From a virus, in the IMG/VR virus record IMGVR_UViG_3300024348_000017, positions 1 through 64,000 of that record: a stretch of DNA of 64,000 nt, one strand, 5' to 3'. A program made the position numbers and the translations under genes. Under the pieces are notes generated by a model, which was not told the origin of the DNA, ran no database searches, and was given only the letters and a program-made list of their open reading frames with translations. Shown piece after piece: positions 49,953 through 58,173 of the stretch (the stretch's first letter is position 1; each line of letters starts with the position of its first letter).

Positions 49953-51868
49953 TATTTTACTTTAACTTTTAATGTTGTACCTGCTTTATTAACGGCATCA
50001 GTTGCACCTATTGAAATTAAACCCAATATATTATCAAGCTTAGTTGTTGATGTGAATGTTATTTTATATTCAGTGGTGTTATCTAAGGTAGTATTACCAT
50101 CACTTATTAATGAACCTAAATTAATATAAGCACCTTTATCAGTTGCATAGTTAGTAGGTGAACCTTTAGTAGTAAATTGTATTCCTTTAAACTTTAAGAC
50201 TGAATTATCATAATTTAATTGGAATTGAGTTCCAACTACATTTTGTTGTAGTGGATCTAATGTAATATAAGCATAAATACTATCACCAATCACTTCAGTC
50301 ATTATTAAAGCATTAATTTCATTACTAATACTCATTCCCCTAACTGACATTGTTGTTAGATTATTTGATTTAGGTGTTGTTGAATGAGATAAGTTTACAT
50401 CACCTTTCCAAGCCATTGTTAAGTTTAATGTATCGGATGATTTACCTGTGTTTATATCAAATGAATACCCACTACCCAATGGTGTTGTAAATGTAGTCCA
50501 ATTAGATTTACCAATACTATCATATTTTGTTTGTGGTATAATTCTTAATGTTTTATTAAGATTAAATGTATCAACTAATGTTTTAGCGCCTGTTAAGTTT
50601 TGCAATAAAGCGAAACAATCAGCCTCATTAAAGTAACCATCACTATTTACATCAGCATTCTTATATTGAATACCATATCCAAATTCGTTTCCACTTTGGT
50701 TTCCAAATATACCACCATTTGCTAATTCCTTAAAAGCTAAATAAACGTCTGATACTGTTACAATACTATTATATAAAGTTGTTAAATTATTTGTAGTAGT
50801 TGTAGTTATTGATTGTGTTTTGTATGTAGATAATTGTGAAAATGTAAATTCTGCTTGTAATCCATAAAATCCATTTCCTGCTCTTATATTTGATGCGAAA
50901 GTAGAACCTGAAAAGTTAAATTGTGTGGGGGTATAAACATAAACTTCTGTCCAACCATTAGCATCGTATGAATTAAATGTTACCGGCCCATCCCATAAAT
51001 CAAATAATTGTAAATTACTGATTGATGATGGTGTAGATAATATACCATTTACTTCTCTACTATCAATACCAATTCTATATCTTTGATTGGTTGCATCGTA
51101 TTGATATATTACACACCACTCTACTCCACCACTAGTTGTTAATGCTTTAACTCCACTTGCTACTTTGGTACTATCTAATAATGTTGTTATATCAACTGAA
51201 CCTGCTGAACTTAATGCTGAACCTATTGCAAATGTTGTTGCTGTTAGGTTGGTATTCAAATTAAAATTTGCTACTGCTTTTTTAGTAGGTGTATTATTAA
51301 TATTTGTTACTTCTTCATTCCAATATGAGTATGTATTTGGTGCACTTGGTCTTGACCATCTCACAAATAAAGCATCACCACCACCATATTCTTGATACCT
51401 TGTAACTATCTTATATCTTGTACCAGCAACCATATTTTTTGAACCATATTGATATCCACTAGCACCATGCCCACCATAGTAAGTTGATATTATTGTTCCG
51501 TCTACTGATATATCGCTCGCATCATCTGAATTGATTCCAAATCTATAGGTTCCTGTTTGTGTTGGTATAAACCAAAATTCAAATTTAATTGCATAGAAAT
51601 CACCTCCCCAATGTGGGGTTTGAATTGAACCATCACACATAATATTAAGAGCAACTTCACCTGTATGTGTTATAGTTGTATTTGAGTTTGCCGTATTTAA
51701 CATATTGTCAAATTCGGCAGCCGTATTTGCGTGGTATGGATATTGGGTTATACTCCCGTTTCCATTATGTGTTTTGTAAGAGGTATAATTAACGTACCCC
51801 CAACCCGATTGAGCTAAAGATACGTTAGTTAATAGGAAAGCTAATAATATCGTAACGAATCTCTTCAT
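49952..51868 (-). CDS. secreted PA14 + dockerin-like + cohesin-like protein
   Basis: PA14: TGTYRFGINSDDA...YQEYGGGD; dockerin-like: VTVSDVYLA...ADVNSDGYFNEADC; cohesin-like: VVGTQFQLNYDNSVLKF. Confidence 0.75.
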   Translation of the reverse strand: MKRFVTILLAFLLTNVSLAQSGWGYVNYTSYKTHNGNGSITQYPYHANTAAEFDNMLNTANSNTTITHTGEVALNIMCDGSIQTPHWGGDFYAIKFEFWFIPTQTGTYRFGINSDDASDISVDGTIISTYYGGHGASGYQYGSKNMVAGTRYKIVTRYQEYGGGDALFVRWSRPSAPNTYSYWNEEVTNINNTPTKKAVANFNLNTNLTATTFAIGSALSSAGSVDITTLLDSTKVASGVKALTTSGGVEWCVIYQYDATNQRYRIGIDSREVNGILSTPSSISNLQLFDLWDGPVTFNSYDANGWTEVYVYTPTQFNFSGSTFASNIRAGNGFYGLQAEFTFSQLSTYKTQSITTTTTNNLTTLYNSIVTVSDVYLAFKELANGGIFGNQSGNEFGYGIQYKNADVNSDGYFNEADCFALLQNLTGAKTLVDTFNLNKTLRIIPQTKYDSIGKSNWTTFTTPLGSGYSFDINTGKSSDTLNLTMAWKGDVNLSHSTTPKSNNLTTMSVRGMSISNEINALIMTEVIGDSIYAYITLDPLQQNVVGTQFQLNYDNSVLKFKGIQFTTKGSPTNYATDKGAYINLGSLISDGNTTLDNTTEYKITFTSTTKLDNILGLISIGATDAVNKAGTTLKVKVK

Positions 51869-53526
51869 TATTCAACTATTAATTCTATCTTTTTACCAGT
51901 AGCATCAACTGCATCTGCTAATACTGTATAGAATAAACCTGCAGTGTTACTTAGAGGTGATTTAGAAGTAAATATTAATTTATATGGAGTACCAACTTTA
52001 ATTCTAGCTGTCTTTAATTGATCAATTGAACCAAATGTTAACCTACCATTATCATGTGTTGAGAAATTTGTAACTGTACTTCCAGCATCAAATATAACAT
52101 CTGTTAATGTTAATTTAGTACTATCGTATTGCATGATTACTTCTAAACCAGCTAAATCAGCTTTAGTTAAGCTTGCTGATAATGTTACTTTATTATTTTC
52201 AACTGTAGATGTTAAGCTTAATGTTGCTTTTTCTAAAGCTTCAGTAGCGTAAGCCATACTGCTAAATGATGCTGTTCTTATAGTTTCACCTGGGTTAATT
52301 GAATTATAATAGTTACCGCTTGATATTCTTGAAGCAATAGTATCAGGATGAGATGAGTGTGACCAATCTAAATCACCACCCCAAGCAAATACAGCGTCTA
52401 CTGTTTGAATTGGAGTTGCAATTGTTACTTTATTTGTTTGTCCACCATCTAACCAAGTTTGATTTAATAAACCACTATAGTATCTTACTGATGTGGATGT
52501 TGATTTAGGAACAGATGCTTTAGAAGTTACATCTATACCCATTACATGAGCAAATAAGTAGTAACCATCACTTTCACCAAATGTGGAATTACTTAATGTT
52601 ATTAAACCAATTCTTTTCTCTAATACAGGCCTAGTAAAATATGTTGAGGTACCAGTAATATCAGTTTGAGTATGTCCTAAAAATGCCTTATAAGCATCTG
52701 ATACTGTTATAATATTATTCATCCAAGTTTTAGTCATTGCAGGTGCAATAAATACACCTAAACTATCTCCAACTTTAATCCCTGATGTGAATATTGCTTC
52801 ACCACTAGCATCTAATGCTTTAGTTTGTATTGGTTGTTGAGTCCAATCAATACCACCACTACCATCAGTTTTTAATTTCATTAATTGAACTGAATGATCA
52901 CCAATATTGTAATTTGAAGGAAATAATACTCTAACTTTAAATTGAGATGTATTACCACTTACACTCGATAGTGATACTTTACCTGTTGTAGTTGTGATTG
53001 GAGCAATATAAGCTGATGTATCATCAATAGCATATGATAAGTCTAATTTATGAATGTCAGTATAATCAGCCAAATCTTTAATTACATATTTTTGTGTTGC
53101 TATAATTCCATCAACACTAGCATCAGTTCTTTGTACTGTTAATTGACCAATATTCCAATCTGAATTTGAAACATAAGACCAAGGTGTAGCTAAATATTGT
53201 GCGTATAAACTTGTTGCAACTATACTATTTGCTGTACTTGCTGTAAATTTATAAGATGACCAATTTGTATAATATGTTTGCACTGCACTACCTTGTGACC
53301 AGGTTGTTGATACATAAGCTAAAGCTTTGTTATTAAATTGATATCTTAACCAATAATAACGTGGTTTAGTTGTACCCTTAGCTACAGTGTACTTAATTTG
53401 AATAGTATCACCCACCTTATAAGGTGCTGCTGTTACTACTGCTTGGTTTACTGTTAATTGTGCGTTGGCTGTTAATGACAGCATAGATACTGCTAGTATC
53501 CCTAAAATTGTTAATAGTTTTTTCAT
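51868..53526 (-). CDS. secreted cohesin-like + degenerate dockerin + cohesin-like protein
   Basis: KVGDTIQIKY...LRYQFNNKALAY; ITVSDAYKAF; GGDLDWSHS; LAGLEVIMQYDSTKLTL; C-terminal DAVDATG shared with 49952. Confidence 0.65.
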   Translation of the reverse strand: MKKLLTILGILAVSMLSLTANAQLTVNQAVVTAAPYKVGDTIQIKYTVAKGTTKPRYYWLRYQFNNKALAYVSTTWSQGSAVQTYYTNWSSYKFTASTANSIVATSLYAQYLATPWSYVSNSDWNIGQLTVQRTDASVDGIIATQKYVIKDLADYTDIHKLDLSYAIDDTSAYIAPITTTTGKVSLSSVSGNTSQFKVRVLFPSNYNIGDHSVQLMKLKTDGSGGIDWTQQPIQTKALDASGEAIFTSGIKVGDSLGVFIAPAMTKTWMNNIITVSDAYKAFLGHTQTDITGTSTYFTRPVLEKRIGLITLSNSTFGESDGYYLFAHVMGIDVTSKASVPKSTSTSVRYYSGLLNQTWLDGGQTNKVTIATPIQTVDAVFAWGGDLDWSHSSHPDTIASRISSGNYYNSINPGETIRTASFSSMAYATEALEKATLSLTSTVENNKVTLSASLTKADLAGLEVIMQYDSTKLTLTDVIFDAGSTVTNFSTHDNGRLTFGSIDQLKTARIKVGTPYKLIFTSKSPLSNTAGLFYTVLADAVDATGKKIELIVE

Positions 53527-54180
53527 TTATTTTTCTCCTAATAGTTTAGTGACTAATTTATCACAACCTTTCTTAATAGCGTTACTAAGACTTGTTTGAT
53601 TGAATTTACCACCCTCATCTACTATAAGAGTCGACATAGAGATTTCAGATGATGATTCTTCAACTAAAACCTCTTTTTCTTTGATACCATCTTTGTATAA
53701 AATACCTTTTAAACGAATTACAACTTCTTGTTCGTTTTTATGAAACACAGATACGTTCTTTTTTGTAGTTAGAACGTCTAGATAAACAATTTCAACACGT
53801 AATTTATTCTCAGCATCTGGGGATAAATCATATCCCTTTTCCTGAATATATTCTTCTAAAATATTTTTAACACCGAATTCTAAATTGCGGTTACCTGCTA
53901 ATTTACCAATAACAACTTTATTAGTAACTTTCTCAACATAAATATGTTCAGATGCATTATACCAAATATTACCTGGGCTATTTTTAAAAGTACCATCGAA
54001 TCTCCATGAAAATTCATTGGCTAAATGTTGCATATATTCTTCTTTTCCAGAGAATTGAAGAACTACGAAGAAAATTTGTGTAATTAATGCAAGACCTATA
54101 AATAATCCTACACCTAATAAGAATAATTGAAATAATCGGTCGCGTAGACTGATGGCCAGACTGATAGCTTTTTGCTTCAT
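53527..54180 (-). CDS. membrane-anchored periplasmic protein, LptE/CsgG-like alpha-beta fold
   Basis: N-terminal TM; GVKNILEEY...GYDL...LRVEIVYLD...LSNAIKK parallels 45938; late motif at 54207-54214. Confidence 0.5.
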   Translation of the reverse strand: MKQKAISLAISLRDRLFQLFLLGVGLFIGLALITQIFFVVLQFSGKEEYMQHLANEFSWRFDGTFKNSPGNIWYNASEHIYVEKVTNKVVIGKLAGNRNLEFGVKNILEEYIQEKGYDLSPDAENKLRVEIVYLDVLTTKKNVSVFHKNEQEVVIRLKGILYKDGIKEKEVLVEESSSEISMSTLIVDEGGKFNQTSLSNAIKKGCDKLVTKLLGEK

Positions 54181-54216
54181 CTTTTAATTTTTAATGTGGT
54201 TCGAATATAAATATGC

Positions 54217-54244
54217 AAAAGAAAGCAACCATTTCTGGTTGCTT
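54217..54244 (-). terminator. intrinsic terminator closing the RNA island
   Basis: AAGCAACCA-GAAA-TGGTTGCTT-TCTTTT. Confidence 0.75.
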
Positions 54245-54297
54245 CGTAAAAGGCCCACTCTGAGCGCCCTGATCGCGGGAAGGGGAATGGACTCTTG

Positions 54298-54668
54298 TGG
54301 AGATGACGAGAGTCGAACTCGTGTCTCAATAATGAACAATAATACCAACGTCTCACACGCTTAGCTCACTGATTAACCCCAGTGCATGAGGTATAGGGCC
54401 ACAAGTTTTTGGTCTTAGTGACATCCACCACCTAGTTTTAATCTAAACTAAGAAAATCTAGCTTGTAACTTCTGTTCCTAGGATGTTACACCCGACGCTA
54501 TTTAAGCCGCTAATGCGTACTCGTTCGCACCTACGAAAGACATCATATCTTCGAAGGTCATAGTAGATAATTCTACAGTTATTGTTTCGCAAGGTTTTAA
54601 GGACTTATCTTACTTTGTCCGCGTGTGGTACTACCTTCAGATTACTGATCAAATACCGGTACATCCCC
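54298..54668 (-). ncRNA. ssrA: tmRNA
   Basis: 5' GGGGATG pairs with 3' CATCTCC-A (G3:U70 alanine identity); T-arm ACGAG-TTCGACT-CTCGT; tag ORF 54576-54502 after AATAACT encodes VELSTMTFEDMMSFVGANEYALAA*. Confidence 0.93.
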
Positions 54669-54968
54669 ATGTTTTTTTGACTTTTTGTCTAATATTTTCT
54701 TCACTTCAGCACATAACTCATATTCCTCAATTTTAATTAAGTCATCTAAGCAATTGCTTAATAGTTCAATATACTGCGATTTTTCAATATTAAATATCAT
54801 ACCACTTGTATCCTTGAATGTGATATCAAATATATCAATGCCGTCTTTATTTCGTTTATATGCGCTAAGTACACATTTAACCATTTTAAGAATCAATTCA
54901 CTGTCCCTTTCCTTCATCATTTGAAGGAACTCACGTTGATCCTTTAACATTAAACAGTGGCATGCCAT
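54642..54968 (-). CDS. small protein with C-terminal UVR-like motif (paralogue of 58174)
   Basis: EEYELCAEVKK; start moved to 54968 after ATATTTAT; 3' end overlaps the tmRNA 5' end. Confidence 0.6.
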   Translation of the reverse strand: MACHCLMLKDQREFLQMMKERDSELILKMVKCVLSAYKRNKDGIDIFDITFKDTSGMIFNIEKSQYIELLSNCLDDLIKIEEYELCAEVKKILDKKSKKHGDVPVFDQ

Positions 54969-54981
54969 AACGATAAATATT

Positions 54982-55091
54982 AAATACACTGTCTGTACTG
55001 TTAAACTGTCTCAATACTACCTTTATCCGTAGTAGAGGTGCTTTATTCATTCTTAGCGTCTGTTCAGTCCTCCTTTCGGAGCAGTGTATTT
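54982..55091 (-). ncRNA. putative multibranched structured RNA
   Basis: 10-bp closing stem AAATACACTG/CAGTGTATTT; CTCC-GAAA-GGAG and TACTAC/GTAGTA internal hairpins. Confidence 0.5.
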
Positions 55092-55092
55092 G

Positions 55093-55178
55093 TGCCTCAG
55101 GCGAGAATCGAACTCGCACTCGCGTTGCGGCGAACAGGATTTTAAGTCCTGCGTGTCTACCAATTTCACCACCAAGGC
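55093..55178 (-). tRNA. tRNA-Leu(UAA)
   Basis: CAGGA-CTTAAAA-TCCTG anticodon arm, long variable arm, GTTCGATT T-loop. Confidence 0.92.
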
Positions 55179-55238
55179 ATGAGACCCGATATCCGCGTTT
55201 TCATCTCACTCGGGTCATGATGAGCTTCCGACGGTTTG

Positions 55239-55394
55239 CTGTAGGGGCTGGAATCGAACCAGCACGCTGCAATTCAATATAAGACAATTAAGCCGGCTTT
55301 GTGGTCAACCCATATCTTACATCTATCTCTTATCAGCACCCACGAGACGAGTGGGCACGTCTACCTTGACTGCCGTCATTTCCGCCACCCTACA
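55239..55394 (-). ncRNA. 156-nt tRNA-like RNA (GUC in the anticodon position) with expanded D-loop and ~75-nt variable arm
   Basis: Acceptor TGTAGGG/CCCTACA; T-arm GCTGG-TTCGATT-CCAGC; anticodon arm CCCAC-TCGTCTC-GTGGG. Confidence 0.75.
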
Positions 55395-55397
55395 GTA

Positions 55398-55664
55398 TTA
55401 AACCCATCTATTACCATTTCGGCGTTTAGCTTCTTCAGCTTCTTTAACTCCTTTAACCATTTTAATCCAGGTTAAAGATACGTCAACAGGAGCTAATACC
55501 CAAGCCATAACTAAAACCATTATAGCATCCATTTCTGGGGAGGTTCCGAAATCAATTCCTCTTGTTTTATATTTTTTATTTAACTGATAGAAACAGTAAA
55601 TAATACAAATAATGTAATAACCTAATAACATATAACTATTTTTTAAAGTATTTTTCAAGTGCAT
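55398..55664 (-). CDS. small membrane protein inside the RNA island
   Basis: Two hydrophobic segments; true start probably MLLGYY. Confidence 0.5.
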   Translation of the reverse strand: MHLKNTLKNSYMLLGYYIICIIYCFYQLNKKYKTRGIDFGTSPEMDAIMVLVMAWVLAPVDVSLTWIKMVKGVKEAEEAKRRNGNRWV

Positions 55665-55845
55665 CTATCTTATCATCAGCATCAACTAACATTGTAAGTG
55701 CTTCTTCAGCATTACTATAGAAGTCTTTTGTTGAATGATCACCAATACCAACAGCGTGATTAGATAATAAATCTAAACTTAATAATGCTTTTGATTTTTC
55801 AGCTATTGCTGATGCCATAAGCATGTCAAATAATTCTTTTTTCAT
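55636..55845 (-). CDS. small conserved phage protein
   Basis: AVGIGDHS motif. Confidence 0.65.
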   Translation of the reverse strand: MKKELFDMLMASAIAEKSKALLSLDLLSNHAVGIGDHSTKDFYSNAEEALTMLVDADDKIDALEKYFKK

Positions 55846-55858
55846 ATTTTTTATTTTG

Positions 55859-55943
55859 CGGAAAGACAGGGATTCGAACCCCAGAACCTGTTACAGTTGC
55901 CAGTTTTCAAGACTGGTGCATTCAACCACTCTGCCATCTTTCC
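55859..55943 (-). tRNA. tRNA-Ser(UGA)
   Basis: CCAGT-CTTGAAA-ACTGG, long variable arm, G73. Confidence 0.92.
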
Positions 55944-55948
55944 AAGAG

Positions 55949-56046
55949 GATGAGGTTTAGCGGCCAACTAAACAAAGTTACTACTTGCTCTCACCTCGAG
56001 TTACACGTGACAGTTACGGGTGAATAGGGTTTCGTCAACACTCATC
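55949..56046 (-). ncRNA. putative structured RNA between tRNA-Thr and tRNA-Ser
   Basis: GATGAG/CTCATC closing stem stacked on GTTTAG-TTGGCCG-CTAAAC; TTCACC/GGTGAG stem. Confidence 0.45.
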
Positions 56047-56050
56047 TTTG

Positions 56051-56123
56051 ATCCAGAAATAAGAATCGAACTTACGACCTACTGATTACAAATCAGTTGC
56101 TCTACCTGCTGAGCTATTCTGGA
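56051..56123 (-). tRNA. tRNA-Thr(UGU)
   Basis: ACTGA-TTTGTAA-TCAGT; canonical D and T arms. Confidence 0.9.
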
Positions 56124-56127
56124 GTTT

Positions 56128-56212
56128 AGAGGATAGGCTCCGCGCCTCTACTAGGGGTTTCCTAATAGCGTAGACTTTCATGTTATTACCTTCGCATGCT
56201 CTCCTACCCTCT
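56128..56212 (-). ncRNA. putative structured RNA
   Basis: 10-bp closing stem AGAGGGTAGG/CCTATCCTCT; internal CTATTAGG/CCTAGTAG and CATG/CATG hairpins. Confidence 0.5.
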
Positions 56213-56221
56213 TTATATTTT

Positions 56222-56298
56222 TAGGAAAGTAGAAGATGGGTGCGTGGACATCTACTTTTACGATTGGCATTTCTAACCGATTATATCCGCCCTTCCTA
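56222..56298 (-). ncRNA. putative 77-nt cloverleaf-sized structured RNA
   Basis: TAGGAAG/TTTCCTA closing stem; AGATG/CATCT hairpin. Confidence 0.4.
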
Positions 56299-56335
56299 CA
56301 GTTAAAGGATACGTCCCAATCAACCTAATATCATA

Positions 56336-56404
56336 ACAACTACCTACAATTTTTTAAAGTCGCCTCCTCGTCATGCGATGGTTATACCTGCGGCAGGTAG
56401 TTAT
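56336..56404 (-). ncRNA. putative structured RNA
   Basis: 12-bp closing stem ATAACTACCTGC/GTAGGTAGTTGT; TCGC/GCGA hairpin. Confidence 0.45.
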
Positions 56405-56410
56405 TGTTTG

Positions 56411-56482
56411 TTGCGAGAGAAGGATTCGAACCTCCGACCCCTAGGTTATGAGCCTAGTGAGCTACCCCTGCTCTATCTCGCG
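56411..56482 (-). tRNA. initiator tRNA-fMet(CAU)
   Basis: CTAGG-CTCATAA-CCTAG; C1:A72 mismatch. Confidence 0.88.
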
Positions 56483-56487
56483 GTTTG

Positions 56488-56559
56488 TACTTCCAACGGG
56501 ATTTGAACCCGTATTACTTCCGTGAAAGGGAAGTGACCTAACCCTTAGTCGATAGAAGC
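56488..56559 (-). tRNA. tRNA-Glu(UUC)
   Basis: CTTCC-CTTTCAC-GGAAG; short variable loop. Confidence 0.9.
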
Positions 56560-56567
56560 AACTCTAG

Positions 56568-56798
56568 TTACTCAGCTTCTGGAGTTTCTACTGCTACAAT
56601 TACTTCTGCAATTTTAGCTTCTGATGCTGATTTAACTTCAAATGCCTCTTCGTCGCGGCTCAATAAATATTGCACTGTGCGGGCTTCCGCCTCAGTTACT
56701 GATTGAGCGTCCACTAAGTAGTTTACTGTTTCTTTTTTTACTTTACCATTTTCGTTTTCAATTCTAAATTGAACTTTTACGTTGAAATACTGTCCCAT
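56568..56798 (-). CDS. DUF4494 family protein
   Basis: YF.VKV....ENGK.KK....YLVDA.S.TEAEAR; start moved to MGQYF at 56798. Confidence 0.8.
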   Translation of the reverse strand: MGQYFNVKVQFRIENENGKVKKETVNYLVDAQSVTEAEARTVQYLLSRDEEAFEVKSASEAKIAEVIVAVETPEAE

Positions 56799-56805
56799 GT
56801 TTTTA

Positions 56806-57117
56806 TTAGTTTTGTTTTGTGTATACTGAATAATCGTAGATGTGAGCTCTATATTTGTATAGAACTTTTTGGAATTTACCACGATTTTTATATTCTTCAA
56901 TAGATTCACCTTCTCTACGTGATGGGGCAATACCCATATAGTAGTCAATTACATCGTTGTTTAGCTTAACTTCATTAGCAAAGAACATCATCTTAGCCAT
57001 GTTTTGAGATCCAAATGGCTGGTAACCAGCTTTATACATTTGTTTTACTTCAGCTGGTAATTCAAAACCAGCAAATTGGTTGTGTAAACCAACATATTGT
57101 TTTTTAGGTCCTCCCAT
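56806..57117 (-). CDS. hypothetical protein
   Basis: ORF with promoter at about 57139-57170 that probably also drives the RNA island. Confidence 0.6.
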   Translation of the reverse strand: MGGPKKQYVGLHNQFAGFELPAEVKQMYKAGYQPFGSQNMAKMMFFANEVKLNNDVIDYYMGIAPSRREGESIEEYKNRGKFQKVLYKYRAHIYDYSVYTKQN

Positions 57118-57155
57118 ATTTTATAACTTTATTTACGGTAAATATACGACGGGCA

Positions 57156-57755
57156 TTATAATATTCCAAGTGCTTTCATATTCTCTATTTGATCTTCTGA
57201 AAGCTGAAAATCGGGTTCCGCTACATTGTATTTGTTGGTTGTAAAGCTTTCAATCTTATCTACCTGTTCGGGAGTAAACACATCGCCTATAAGTAAATAA
57301 TAACAATTATAACATAACAATTCTAAATTATCCAAACGATAATTACGTTTGTTATTATCTTTAAAGTTAAGTAATAATGGTATTTTATAGTCAGTTACTC
57401 TACGCTCGCAGAATCCACAATTACTGCAATCCTCAGCTATTTTATTTTCATAAATTAGTCTATTTTTAATCTTTTCAGGATTAAAGTGAGAAGGATCCAT
57501 TGAACCATTTAATATCTGCTCTAAAGCAGGCTCTTTCTTCTTACCAACTAAATGTTTAGGAATGCCCTTACCAGATTGGTTTAAGTGGGTATCAAATAAT
57601 GTTTTACTCGTTTCGTCATCTGTATAGAGCTTAGCATATGCCTTATAATGAGTATAAGAGCAATTTAAGTAACGAGCAGCTGCTCTATTACTACGAGTAT
57701 GTCTCATAGCCCTTAAGACATCGTCTTTCGAAAACGGTTTTGGTTTCATTCCCAT
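57156..57755 (-). CDS. HTH + degenerate HNH-like Zn-finger protein
   Basis: SNRAAARYLNCS; CSNCG...N...NY..DNLELLCYNCY (the usual His positions are substituted). Confidence 0.6.
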   Translation of the reverse strand: MGMKPKPFSKDDVLRAMRHTRSNRAAARYLNCSYTHYKAYAKLYTDDETSKTLFDTHLNQSGKGIPKHLVGKKKEPALEQILNGSMDPSHFNPEKIKNRLIYENKIAEDCSNCGFCERRVTDYKIPLLLNFKDNNKRNYRLDNLELLCYNCYYLLIGDVFTPEQVDKIESFTTNKYNVAEPDFQLSEDQIENMKALGIL

Positions 57756-57757
57756 AA

Positions 57758-58171
57758 CTACTTTTTTTTCTTCAAACCCTCATTGATAACCTGTAGCAAT
57801 AACCACAATTCATCTGGATTTTGAAGTATTACTTCTTTGCCTGTTGGATCAACTAATACATTTATGCTTCCGTCTGGATTTAGTCTATCATAAAGATAAA
57901 AGAATATTAACTCCGATGCTTCTTTTCCAAAATGCATTACTAATAAATTATCAATAGCATCGTAGAATATATCATCGTATTTATTAAGATCTAATTTAAA
58001 ATCATTTTCTAAAATGAATGAACGACCATTTGCTTGTTCTAGATTAATTATAACCTTATTAAACAAATCTCTAGTAACGTCAGTTTGTGTTTTCTTCCTT
58101 CTAGTAAGAGTTGTATCAGAACCTAAAATTAAATCTATTGATTTTTTTGCATCGTCAATATTATCCTCCAT
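57758..58171 (-). CDS. hypothetical protein
   Basis: ORF track. Confidence 0.6.
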   Translation of the reverse strand: MEDNIDDAKKSIDLILGSDTTLTRRKKTQTDVTRDLFNKVIINLEQANGRSFILENDFKLDLNKYDDIFYDAIDNLLVMHFGKEASELIFFYLYDRLNPDGSINVLVDPTGKEVILQNPDELWLLLQVINEGLKKKK

Positions 58172-58173
58172 AA

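Noticed and set aside
54931-55119. 62-aa minus ORF and a possible frameshift into 54642
   Set aside because: It starts inside tRNA-Leu and crosses a structured RNA; the 54642 gene has its own late motif and an ATG at 54968.
55239-55394. Ordinary tRNA-Asp or intron-containing tRNA
   Set aside because: The extra sequence is in the D-loop and variable arm rather than the anticodon loop, is too short for a group I intron, and U33/purine-37 are missing; it is kept as a tRNA-like RNA instead.
55949-56046. Hammerhead ribozyme (GATGAG...GAAAC)
   Set aside because: No CUGANGA core in the proper stem context; GATGAG is used in the closing stem.
1630-57755. Mobile homing endonucleases, introns or inteins (GIY-YIG 1630 and 23154, HNH-like 57156)
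   Set aside because: They are free-standing, interrupt no gene and have no flanking intron structure; primase and ligase are of normal length.
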